From: Candidatus Omnitrophota bacterium
Lineage (GTDB): Bacteria; Omnitrophota; Gorgyraeia; Velamenicoccales; Velamenicoccaceae
Assembly: GCA_043801485.1 (NCBI GenBank)
Contig: JAZDLY010000168.1
Span: 1-55,444 of the forward strand
Reading direction: 5' to 3'
DNA length: 55,444 nucleotides
Below, piece by piece: positions 44,776-53,060 of this stretch (positions within the stretch are counted from its first letter, which is position 1; every line of letters starts with the position of its first letter). Both the position numbers and the translations under genes were made by a program. The notes beneath the pieces were generated by a model that worked only from the letters and a program-made list of their open reading frames with translations, searched no databases and was not told the DNA's origin.

Positions 44776-44879
44776 TAAATCCTCGATATCTACCTCAATG
44801 AATTATCCGAGGTAAATATCGAGGATCAACTCGAACGAATAACTTAGCTGCTCGTTGTTTGCTAAGTTATGTTCTCGTT
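44776..44879. repeat. Module F and an E-like hairpin between the direct repeats
   Basis: ATCCTCGATATCTACCTC-loop-GAGGTAAATATCGAGGAT (44779-44826) and ATAACTTAGC-TGCTCGTTGTTT-GCTAAGTTAT. Confidence 0.8.
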
Positions 44880-44935
44880 GACTTTATTGAGCACGTGACT
44901 TACGGAACGAAGTGAACGTAAGTCACTGTGCGAAA
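44880..44935 (+). repeat. 56-nt perfect direct repeat, copy 2
   Basis: Identical to 44720-44775, with a 160-bp period. Confidence 0.92.
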
Positions 44936-45025
44936 CAAGCACCTTAATTTGTACCAAAGGTGCATTTAGCGAAGTCCTCGACATTTACTTCTATGTTATT
45001 TTGAGGTAAATGTCGAGGATAACTC
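44936..45025. repeat. Modules A and F before doxX
   Basis: CAAGCACCTTAATTTGTACC-AA-AGGTGCATTTAGCGAA, then TCCTCGACATTTACTTC-loop-GAGGTAAATGTCGAGGA (44975-45020). Confidence 0.8.
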
Positions 45026-45050
45026 GAAAAGAATGACATTGGAGGCTTTT

Positions 45051-45455
45051 ATGGTGGCAAACCTTGCCAAATACGCCAATGAAGGACTTCTGATTCTGCG
45101 TGTTGGTTTCGGGATTATGTTTTTGTTTTATGGATTGCCCAAACTTCTTGCCGGCCCGCAAAAGTGGCAGGAAATGGGGCAGGCGATGAATTACCTGCAT
45201 ATATCTTTCTGGCCTGTTTTTTGGGGATTTTGTGCCGTGTTTGTTCAGTCTTTCGGCGGACTTTGTCTTATTCTTGGTCTATTCTTCAGGCCGGTGTGTT
45301 TGCTGTTATTTGTTGTGATGGCTGTTGCCGCCAACATGCACCTTCAGAAAGGTGATGGTTTGTTCGGCGCAGCGCATGCGCTGGAGGATGGGTTGGTGTT
45401 TTTGGCTCTTTTTGCCATCGGCCCCGGAAAGTATAGTCTCGATAAATTTTTTTAG
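45051..45455 (+). CDS. DoxX family membrane protein
   Basis: 4 TM with a GLPKL and GG.C.ILGLF pattern. ATG 45051 has a GGAGG SD 5 nt upstream. The ORF track starts at 45033. Confidence 0.8.
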   Translation: MVANLAKYANEGLLILRVGFGIMFLFYGLPKLLAGPQKWQEMGQAMNYLHISFWPVFWGFCAVFVQSFGGLCLILGLFFRPVCLLLFVVMAVAANMHLQKGDGLFGAAHALEDGLVFLALFAIGPGKYSLDKFF

Positions 45456-45464
45456 GAGGTTTCT

Positions 45465-46748
45465 GTGAAAAAAATTAATGTGGCGGTCATAGGATTGGGA
45501 ACCATCGGTTCAGGTGTTGTGAAATACCTGCGGGAGCGGCGGCGGCTTATCCAGGAACGTTCCGGAGTAGACGTGCATCTTGTGGCAGCTTGTGATTCGC
45601 GCAGGTCACAGGCGAATAAATTGCGTCTGCCATCCAGTCTTTTTTCGACCAACTGCAGTGATGTCCTTCGAGATCCGAAGGTCGACGTCGTGGTTGAGCT
45701 GATCGGCGGGCATCATCCGGCCAAGGAAATTATTGTGCAGGCTCTGAAAAACAGAAAACACGTGGTGACAGCCAATAAAGCCCTTCTGGCAACAGACTTG
45801 GCCGAAATTTTGAGCATCGCCCGGCGTTACGGAAGGCGCCTGAAGTTTGAAGCTTCGGTTTGCGGCGGAATTCCCCTGATCAAGGCATTGCGCGAAGGCC
45901 TGGTCTCCAACCGCATCGATTCGCTGTTCGGGATCATCAACGGGACCTCAAATTATCTTTTGAGCAAGATGCGCGAGGAGTGTTTAAGCTTCAGCGAAGC
46001 TTTGGCGCGCGCCAAGAAAAAAGGTTATGCCGAACGTAACTCGCGGTTTGATGTCGAAGGCATAGACGCAGCGCACAAGCTGATCATTCTTTGTTATTTG
46101 TTGTTTTCGAAATTGATTTCTTTTGAAAGCGTATTCCGCGAAGGGATTTCCAATATTTCAAACCTGGACATCAAGTATGCAGACCAGATGGGGCTTGTGA
46201 TCAAACCTTTGGCCATTGCCAAAAAGGTCGGCGATGACCTGGAGGCGAGAGTCCATGCGACCTTGTTGCCCAAAGAGCATATGTTGGCTGCGGTCAACGG
46301 TGTTTTTAACGCGGTGTTGCTGCGAGGAGACCTGGTCGGCGATATGTTGTTTTACGGCAGGGGGGCCGGCCAGTTTCCGACAGCATCAGCAGTGTTGAGC
46401 GACATCGTGGACTTAGGCAGGGAGCCAGAGTCGGATTCTTTTTCCAAAACAGCGCTCAAGCCCAGGATCAAGCGCGTCAAGCGCATGGAGGAAATCGTCA
46501 GTCGTTATTATTTGCGTTTTATGGCCATAGATCGGCCCGGGATTTTTGCAAAAATTTCAGGCATTCTTGGTAGACACCATATTGGGATTGCGTCGGTCAG
46601 TCAGAAGGAGAGAAAGCGCGCCAAATTCGTCCCTGTGGTTATGATTACCCATCATGCCCAGGAGAAGAATTTGAGAAAGGCGCTGGAGGCGATTGACCGC
46701 CTGGCCATCGTGAAAGGCAAAACCGTCAAGATCCGCATGGAAGACTAA
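45465..46748 (+). CDS. hom: Homoserine dehydrogenase
   Basis: GTG start after AGGAGG. GLGTIGSGV, NKAL, GIINGTSNY, C-terminal ACT domain. Confidence 0.94.
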   Translation: MKKINVAVIGLGTIGSGVVKYLRERRRLIQERSGVDVHLVAACDSRRSQANKLRLPSSLFSTNCSDVLRDPKVDVVVELIGGHHPAKEIIVQALKNRKHVVTANKALLATDLAEILSIARRYGRRLKFEASVCGGIPLIKALREGLVSNRIDSLFGIINGTSNYLLSKMREECLSFSEALARAKKKGYAERNSRFDVEGIDAAHKLIILCYLLFSKLISFESVFREGISNISNLDIKYADQMGLVIKPLAIAKKVGDDLEARVHATLLPKEHMLAAVNGVFNAVLLRGDLVGDMLFYGRGAGQFPTASAVLSDIVDLGREPESDSFSKTALKPRIKRVKRMEEIVSRYYLRFMAIDRPGIFAKISGILGRHHIGIASVSQKERKRAKFVPVVMITHHAQEKNLRKALEAIDRLAIVKGKTVKIRMED

Positions 46749-46960
46749 GTGAGCGCATAACTTACGGAACGATAGTAAACGTAAGTTATATGTGCGAACT
46801 TATCCTTGACGCTTTCCCCTAAATATTTCAAGGTAGGCGTCGAGGATAAATGAATCGCGACTTCCGGGGCGAGCAAGGATTATCCCGTTCCCTGCAAGCA
46901 GATTTCCGGTTAATGTGTTCTAAATCTGCGCAGCGATTAGGGCATCGGGACTTCCACCAT
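46749..46960. repeat. Module mosaic E-F-C'-D after hom
   Basis: ATAACTTACG-GAACGATAGTAAA-CGTAAGTTAT (46757-46789), ATCCTTGACGC..GGCGTCGAGGAT (46802-46847), GAGCAAGGAT, and D copy 2 (46880-46955). Confidence 0.85.
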
Positions 46961-46988
46961 AATGTAAAAAAGGAATGTGAGGTTTGAG

Positions 46989-48050
46989 ATGTATTACAAG
47001 GGCTTGCTCGACAAATACGCCAAATTTTTACCGGTGACTCCAAAGACACCGGTTGTCACGCTCAATGAGGGCAATACTCCTTTGATTTATTCGCCTGTGG
47101 TTTCCGAGCTGACAGGCTGCAAGACATTTTTGAAGTACGAAGGCGTAAACCCGACCGGTTCTTTTAAAGACCGCGGCATGACCATGGCGATTTCCAAGGC
47201 CAAAGAAGAGGGTTCGAAGGTTGTGATGTGTGCTTCAACCGGCAATACATCTGCTTCTGCCGCGGCTTATGCGGCTCGCGCAGGCTTGCGCTGTGTGGTG
47301 TTGATTCCATCCGGAGCCATTGCCCTTGGAAAACTCGCTCAGGCCTTGATCCATGGCGCCCACGTGTTGGCGATCAAGGGAAATTTTGACGATGCCTTGA
47401 ATCTCGTCAAAGAAATTACTGCGAAATATCCCATCACCCTGGTGAATTCTCTTAATCCCTATCGGATTGAAGGTCAGAAAACCGGGGCGTTTGAAATCTG
47501 TGATGCCTTACAGGCAGCACCCGAATATCATGCGATCCCCGTTGGAAACGCAGGGAATATCACAGCCTACTGGAAGGGGTATAAAGAATATCAACAGGCA
47601 GGTTTGACCGGTAGCCTTCCTCAGATGTTGGGGTTTCAGGCATCCGGAGCAGCACCTATCGTTAAAGGCAAGCCTGTTCGGAATCCGAAAACAATCGCCA
47701 CAGCGATTAAAATCGGCAATCCTGCCAGCTGGAAACAAGCGGTGGCTGCGCGGGATGAGTCCCATGGCTTGATTGATTCCGTAACAGATAAAGAAATTCT
47801 GGAGGCCTACAAGTTGTTGGCAAACAAAGAAGGTGTTTTTGTCGAGCCTGCCTCTGCGGCTTCGGTGGCCGGCGTTCTCAAACTGTCCCGGCAAGGATAT
47901 TTTCGCCAAGCGAGCGCGCATCAGGCGCGGCTGGTGTGCGTGTTGACCGGGCACGGTCTCAAGGATCCTGACCGCGCCATGGCGTCCATCAAAAAACCAA
48001 AGATCGTCAAGCCTGAATTAAAAACAATTTTGAGAGAAATAGGATTTTAG
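46989..48050 (+). CDS. thrC: Threonine synthase
   Basis: MYYKGLL.., PLP lysine motif [20 protein letters not shown] 46989 is preferred over GTG 46977. Confidence 0.95.
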   Translation: MYYKGLLDKYAKFLPVTPKTPVVTLNEGNTPLIYSPVVSELTGCKTFLKYEGVNPTGSFKDRGMTMAISKAKEEGSKVVMCASTGNTSASAAAYAARAGLRCVVLIPSGAIALGKLAQALIHGAHVLAIKGNFDDALNLVKEITAKYPITLVNSLNPYRIEGQKTGAFEICDALQAAPEYHAIPVGNAGNITAYWKGYKEYQQAGLTGSLPQMLGFQASGAAPIVKGKPVRNPKTIATAIKIGNPASWKQAVAARDESHGLIDSVTDKEILEAYKLLANKEGVFVEPASAASVAGVLKLSRQGYFRQASAHQARLVCVLTGHGLKDPDRAMASIKKPKIVKPELKTILREIGF

Positions 48051-48058
48051 CTAATTTT

Positions 48059-48712
48059 ATGAAGAAAGTTTTTAAAGGCAGGAAGGTTCTTGTGACCGCC
48101 GGCCCGACCTGGGTGGCCATTGATGCGGTTCGGGTCTTGAGTAATATTTCATCGGGTGAGCTTGGACTTATGCTCGGTCAAGAAGCCGCACGAATGGGCG
48201 CCAAAGTGGATTTATTGCTCGGGCCTGTAGGTCCTGTGGTTGCCCGGCGCGGAGTCCGCGTTGTTCGTTTTTCCTATTTTCATGAACTCGACAAACTGAT
48301 CGATCGTGTTTTAAAGAAAAATAAGTACGATGTTGTTTTGCACGCAGCGGCTGTCAGTGATTTCTGGATGTCTGCCAAGCAATGGAAGCTTTCTTCGGCT
48401 CGCACGGGACTTGTTCTAAAACTCAAGCAGACCCCTAAAATAATTTCTAAAATACGGAAGATGAATCCCCACGCGTTCTTGGTGATGTTCAAGTTGGAAA
48501 GCGGGGTCAAGGATTCCGCTTTGATGCGTAGAGCGCAACAGTCCAGAGCTGCCAGCAGGGCAGATCTCGTTGTGGCCAATACTTATGAGAGCGGCCGGTA
48601 CAGGGCATTTGTGTCCAACGGCTCCGGCTTGATCGCGAAATACGCCTCAAAAAAAGCGCTGGCAAAGAATTTAGTGAGTTTGTGCGCTAAAAAAATCCGA
48701 AAGCAGTCATGA
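48059..48712 (+). CDS. coaB: Stand-alone phosphopantothenate-cysteine ligase-like protein (CoaB/DFP C-terminal domain)
   Basis: VLVTAGPT...ID.VR.LSN.SSG..G, AAAVSDF. Confidence 0.75.
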   Translation: MKKVFKGRKVLVTAGPTWVAIDAVRVLSNISSGELGLMLGQEAARMGAKVDLLLGPVGPVVARRGVRVVRFSYFHELDKLIDRVLKKNKYDVVLHAAAVSDFWMSAKQWKLSSARTGLVLKLKQTPKIISKIRKMNPHAFLVMFKLESGVKDSALMRRAQQSRAASRADLVVANTYESGRYRAFVSNGSGLIAKYASKKALAKNLVSLCAKKIRKQS

Positions 48713-49899
48713 AGTACATTGTTTTAGTCCCGGATGGTTTGGCGGATTATCCCATTGAGCAGCTGGGCGGGAAAACCCCGGTTGAAGTGGCCGAGACGCC
48801 GAATATGGATTATGTGGTGGAGCATGGGTTGTTGGCTCAGGCCTTGACCATCCCAGCGCGTCTTTCGCCGGCCTCAGATGTGGCAAATCTATCGATCATG
48901 GGTTATGACCCCGTCAAGTATTACACAGGCCGCGCGCCCTTGGAAGCCGCGTATCTGGGAGTTGATTTAGGCGATGATGAAATTGCCTTTCGATGCAATC
49001 TGGTGACTGTGACTGATCAAAAGATGTCGGATTATAGCGCCGGCCATATTTCTACCAAGGAAGCGGCAGCATTGATCGAGCAACTCAACAGGGGCCTTGG
49101 CAGCGAAGAGATCCGTTTTATTCCGGGGGTCAGTTACAGGCATTTGCTGGTGCTCAAAGGCTTTGAAAACGAGGAGCTGGTCAAAACCGTCTGTTGCCCA
49201 CCGCACGACATTGCCAATGAGCCTGTTAAAAAACATCTGCCCCGCGGAAAAGGCGCAGGCGTCCTTTTGGAGCTTATGGAAAAATCAAAAACAGTCTTGG
49301 CTAGCCAGGAAATCAATAAGGTCAGGATTGATTTGGGAGAAAACCCGGCCAACATGATCTGGCTCTGGGGTCTGGGCCTCAAGCCGACCTTGCCGTTGTT
49401 CAGAGAAAAATTTGGTTTGACCGGCGCTGTTATTTCTGCCGTTGACCTGATCAAGGGCATTGGGAAAATTATCGGTTTGGATGTTATCAATGTCGAGGGG
49501 GCAACCGGTTATTACGACACAAATTATCAAGGCAAGGCCGAAGCGGGCCTTCGTGCGCTTGAGACTCGGGATTTCGTGTTCATTCATGTCGAGGCCACGG
49601 ATGAAGCCGGACACAATGGCGATTTACGGATGAAGATCGCGACCATTGAGCGGTTTGACAAGATGGTGGTTGGAACGATCCTGAAAGCTTTTAAAGATCG
49701 GGATGATTTTCGCATCATGGTGTTGCCGGATCACGCCACGCCGGTTGAGTTGCGCAAGCACGTGGCGGACAAAATTTGCGTGGCCATGATGGGTCAGGGC
49801 ATCGCACAAAACGGGTTTAAAGTTTTTTCAGAGGCAGAGGCTAAAAATAGCAAAATGTATTTTGAGGGTCATCAGCTTATGGAGGTTTTTTTACGGTGA
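48709..49899 (+). CDS. ApgM-family cofactor-independent phosphoglycerate mutase homologue (possible homoserine kinase analogue)
   Basis: MKYIVLVPDGLADYP...TP..A.TPNMD, HVEATDEAGH, PDHATP (alkaline-phosphatase-superfamily metal ligands). Confidence 0.8.
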   Translation: MKYIVLVPDGLADYPIEQLGGKTPVEVAETPNMDYVVEHGLLAQALTIPARLSPASDVANLSIMGYDPVKYYTGRAPLEAAYLGVDLGDDEIAFRCNLVTVTDQKMSDYSAGHISTKEAAALIEQLNRGLGSEEIRFIPGVSYRHLLVLKGFENEELVKTVCCPPHDIANEPVKKHLPRGKGAGVLLELMEKSKTVLASQEINKVRIDLGENPANMIWLWGLGLKPTLPLFREKFGLTGAVISAVDLIKGIGKIIGLDVINVEGATGYYDTNYQGKAEAGLRALETRDFVFIHVEATDEAGHNGDLRMKIATIERFDKMVVGTILKAFKDRDDFRIMVLPDHATPVELRKHVADKICVAMMGQGIAQNGFKVFSEAEAKNSKMYFEGHQLMEVFLR

Positions 49900-51494
49900 G
49901 CGCGCTTTGGCTTTTGATATCGGCTCTGGTCTTTTTTGCTCTCGGCTATGGTTTTTACGCAAAAAAGATCGCCGGGCTGTTTGTGATCGATTCCCAAAGA
50001 CCGACGCCCGCTATTTCTAAATACGACGGCGTTGATTATGTGCCTGCCAAAAGTTGGTTCGTGTTATTCGGACATCATTTTTCTTCCATTGCAGGCGCAG
50101 GTCCGATCATTGGTCCTGTGATCGGCTGCATTTATTGGGGCTGGTTGCCGTCTTTGGTCTGGATTGTTTTGGGATCCGTATTCTTGGGCGGAGTTCATGA
50201 TTTTGTGACTTTGATGATTTCGGTGCGGGAAGGCGGGGTTTCCATCGCTGAAGTCGCCAGCCGCGCAATTTCGAGGCGAGCGAAATTGATTTTGTCGATT
50301 TTTGTGTGGTTGGCCCTGATTTTGGTCATTGCTGTTTTTGTGTCGTTGTGCGCGAAAACTTTTGTCACCGAACCGAAGGTTGTTTTGCCGTCATTGGGGT
50401 TGATTCCGGTTGCCCTTTTGACCGGCTATTTGATGTATGTGCGCAAAGTCAACCTCGGCGTTGTGACAGTTTTAGGCCTTCTTCTTTTAGGCGCTTTGCT
50501 TTTTTTGGGAAACCTGATTCCGGTTGTTTTGGCAGGCAACGCAGCGACAATCTGGGTGTTGTTGTTGTTGATCTATTGTTACATTGCTTCCGTCACCCCG
50601 GTCAATATTTTGCTGCAGCCGCGGGATTATCTCTGCAGCTTTCTTTTGATCTTTGGGGTCCTGGCCGGCATTGGCGGTATTCTGATCACGCGACCTGAAG
50701 TGATCCAACCGGCATTTGTGTCGTTTAAGACCGACCAGGGTTTTTTGTGGCCCATGATGTGCGTGACCATTGCCTGTGGCGCGATTTCCGGATTTCACGC
50801 ATTGATTTCCAGCGGCACCACATCAAAACAACTCAGCAATGAGCGGCATGCCCGGCGCATTGGTTTTGGCGCTATGCTCGTGGAAGCCTTGGTTGCGTTG
50901 ATCGCCCTGATCGCTGTGGTCAGCGGTATCTCAAAGTCAGGTGTCGGCATCTGTCAGCTTTTGAACGAGGTAGGTCCCATCTGCGTCTATGGAGAGGGTT
51001 TTGGCGGCTTGACAAAACCGTTGCTCGGTTCCTACGGTATGTTCGTTGCGATCATGATTTTAAACGCCTTTATTTTAACGACGTTGGATACGGCAACTCG
51101 TGTTTGTCGTTATATCACCCAAGAACTCATGGGCGTGGGTAACCGCTATCTATCCACGTTCATTGTAGTCTTTTTTGCAGCCGTTTTGGCGCTCTCCGGT
51201 GCCTGGAATAAGATATGGCCTGTGTTTGGTGCTTCCAATCAGCTCGTGGCCGCTTTGGCGCTTTTTGTTGCGACGTGCTGGTTGCTGGCACGCGATCGTC
51301 AGACGCTCTTCACGCTCCTGCCGGCTTTGTTTATGGCGTTGACGACCTTAGTGGCCCTGGGGCTTCAGGGACGCGTTTATTTGAAAGAAGGAAATTATTT
51401 GTTATTTTTGATCACTGGGGTCTTGTTTATTTTGGCCATTGTGATGATGAACGAAGTCAGAGTTGTCTACCTTCGCAGGAGACCGCGGACATAG
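49896..51494 (+). CDS. cstA: Carbon starvation protein CstA family transporter
   Basis: FGHHFSSIAGAGPIIGPV, polytopic, 532 aa. GTGA overlap with the upstream stop. Confidence 0.88.
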   Translation: MSALWLLISALVFFALGYGFYAKKIAGLFVIDSQRPTPAISKYDGVDYVPAKSWFVLFGHHFSSIAGAGPIIGPVIGCIYWGWLPSLVWIVLGSVFLGGVHDFVTLMISVREGGVSIAEVASRAISRRAKLILSIFVWLALILVIAVFVSLCAKTFVTEPKVVLPSLGLIPVALLTGYLMYVRKVNLGVVTVLGLLLLGALLFLGNLIPVVLAGNAATIWVLLLLIYCYIASVTPVNILLQPRDYLCSFLLIFGVLAGIGGILITRPEVIQPAFVSFKTDQGFLWPMMCVTIACGAISGFHALISSGTTSKQLSNERHARRIGFGAMLVEALVALIALIAVVSGISKSGVGICQLLNEVGPICVYGEGFGGLTKPLLGSYGMFVAIMILNAFILTTLDTATRVCRYITQELMGVGNRYLSTFIVVFFAAVLALSGAWNKIWPVFGASNQLVAALALFVATCWLLARDRQTLFTLLPALFMALTTLVALGLQGRVYLKEGNYLLFLITGVLFILAIVMMNEVRVVYLRRRPRT

Positions 51495-51690
51495 CCTGTT
51501 GAGGAATGCGAAATCTTGCTTCGGTGGATGTCACGGAATGCCCGTGGAGCATAGAGTATTCCGTGATCGATAATCGGTGGATAAATCCTCCGCAGCTAAA
51601 AGCGAAAGCGCTTTGGCGAAGGAGGATGCATCCAGATACCACGGGTAAAGGCCGTGGTGTTCAATTTTTCAACAGCGCAAGAGGTTACCC
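51495..51690 (+). other. Hairpin-rich leader upstream of lysC
   Basis: CACGGAAT-GCCCGTGGAGCATAGAGT-ATTCCGTG, GGATAAATCCTCC...GGAGGATGCATCC, CCACGG-GTAAAGG-CCGTGG. No riboswitch core that I can recognise. Confidence 0.45.
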
Positions 51691-52902
51691 ATGCGGATTA
51701 TTGTTCAGAAGTTTGGCGGAAGTTCGGTGGCAAATGTCGAGCGCATCAAACGTGTTGCTCGTCGTGTTGTCATGTATAAGAAAAAAGGATGGAAGCCCAT
51801 TGTTGTTGTTTCGGCCTTGGGAGACACGACCGATGAGTTGATTGGTTTGGCGAGTCAGGTCACCGATGCGCCGCCGGCGCGAGAAATGGACATGTTGTTG
51901 TCCACCGGTGAGCAGGTGTCCTGTGCGCTTTTGGCCATGGCTATTGAAAAGTTGGGTTGTGATGCGATATCGTTTACCGGCGGTCAGGTTGGCATCAAGA
52001 CAGACACGACCCACACCAAGGCCAAGATTGTGGACATCTCCGGAGAACGCATCCAGGAGGCTGTTAAAAAAGGAAAAATTGTCATTGTGGCGGGGTTCCA
52101 GGGCATCAATCAGGACCAGGACATCACAACCCTTGGACGCGGCGGTTCTGATTTGACGGCTGTGGCCCTGGCAAAAGCCTTGGGCGCCAAGACCTGCGAA
52201 ATCTACACCGATGTCGAAGGCGTCTATACCACGGATCCCAGGATTGTGCCTCATGCAAAAAAAATAAAACAGATCACTTATGAAGAAATGCTGGAAATGG
52301 CTTCTTTGGGCGCTCAGGTCATGCAGGCGCGCTCCATTGAGGTTGCTAAAAAATTTGACATTGCCATCCATGTCCGTTCGAGTTTTAATGACCGGGAAGG
52401 CACGATGATCCTAAAGGAGGCAGATAAAATGGAAGACGTTGTCATCAGCGGCGTTACCCTGAACAGAAATGAGGCCAAGATTACCGTTTGCGACGTGGTG
52501 GATAGGCCCGGGATTGCGGCCAAGATGTTTGGCGAGATTTCCCGGCAGGGCATTAACGTCGACACCATCGTGCAGAATGTCAGCCGCAAAGGGTATACAG
52601 ATGTGTCGTTCACCGTTCCTCTGGCTGACGTAAGCAAGACCAAAGCTGTCATGGGGCGTTTCACGAAAAAGATCGGGGCAGGCCGTGTTATCGAAGACAG
52701 AGATATCGCCCGCGTGTCGGTTGTCGGCGTTGGGATGAAGACGCATCCCGGGGTTGCAGCAAAGATGTTCCAGGCCCTGGCGGAGAAAAAAATTAATATC
52801 GATATGATCACGACCTCGGAAATCAGTATCTCCTGCATCATCAACAAAAAATCTGCCGAGCGTGCGGTCAAATCGATCCATGCGAAATTCGGGCTAGGTT
52901 GA
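51691..52902 (+). CDS. lysC: Aspartate kinase (monofunctional, two ACT domains)
   Basis: IVQKFGGSSV, VVVSA.GDTTD, GRGGSD, ACT repeats. Confidence 0.95.
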   Translation: MRIIVQKFGGSSVANVERIKRVARRVVMYKKKGWKPIVVVSALGDTTDELIGLASQVTDAPPAREMDMLLSTGEQVSCALLAMAIEKLGCDAISFTGGQVGIKTDTTHTKAKIVDISGERIQEAVKKGKIVIVAGFQGINQDQDITTLGRGGSDLTAVALAKALGAKTCEIYTDVEGVYTTDPRIVPHAKKIKQITYEEMLEMASLGAQVMQARSIEVAKKFDIAIHVRSSFNDREGTMILKEADKMEDVVISGVTLNRNEAKITVCDVVDRPGIAAKMFGEISRQGINVDTIVQNVSRKGYTDVSFTVPLADVSKTKAVMGRFTKKIGAGRVIEDRDIARVSVVGVGMKTHPGVAAKMFQALAEKKINIDMITTSEISISCIINKKSAERAVKSIHAKFGLG

Positions 52903-52909
52903 CTTAAAG

Positions 52910-52932
52910 AGGCCATATTTGGCCTAATTTTA
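52910..52932 (+). terminator. Weak candidate intrinsic terminator after lysC
   Basis: AGGCC-ATATTT-GGCCT followed by AATTTTA. Only a 5-bp stem. Confidence 0.3.
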
Positions 52933-53047
52933 GAACCTTAATGTTCAAAGTTTAGCGAAATCCCGCGCAAGCGGGAAATCCCGATACCTGCAAGCAGATT
53001 TCAATCGCAAAGTCTCGGAAATCTGCGAAGCGTTAAGGTATCGGGAC
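52933..53047. repeat. Module mosaic A'-B-D after lysC
   Basis: GAACCTTAATGTTCAAAGTTTAGCGAA, AATCCCGC-GCAA-GCGGGA, and D copy 3 (52977-53047) with perfect stems TCCCGATACCT/AGGTATCGGGA and GCAGATTTC/GAAATCTGC. Confidence 0.85.
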
Positions 53048-53060
53048 AAGAGAGGATACC

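Noticed and set aside
44720-44935. Integrated prophage or genomic island at tRNA-Pro, with attL/attR direct repeats.
   Set aside because: The repeats are only 160 bp apart. The intervening DNA is hairpin modules, and there is no integrase or cargo. It is reported instead as a repeat-family observation.
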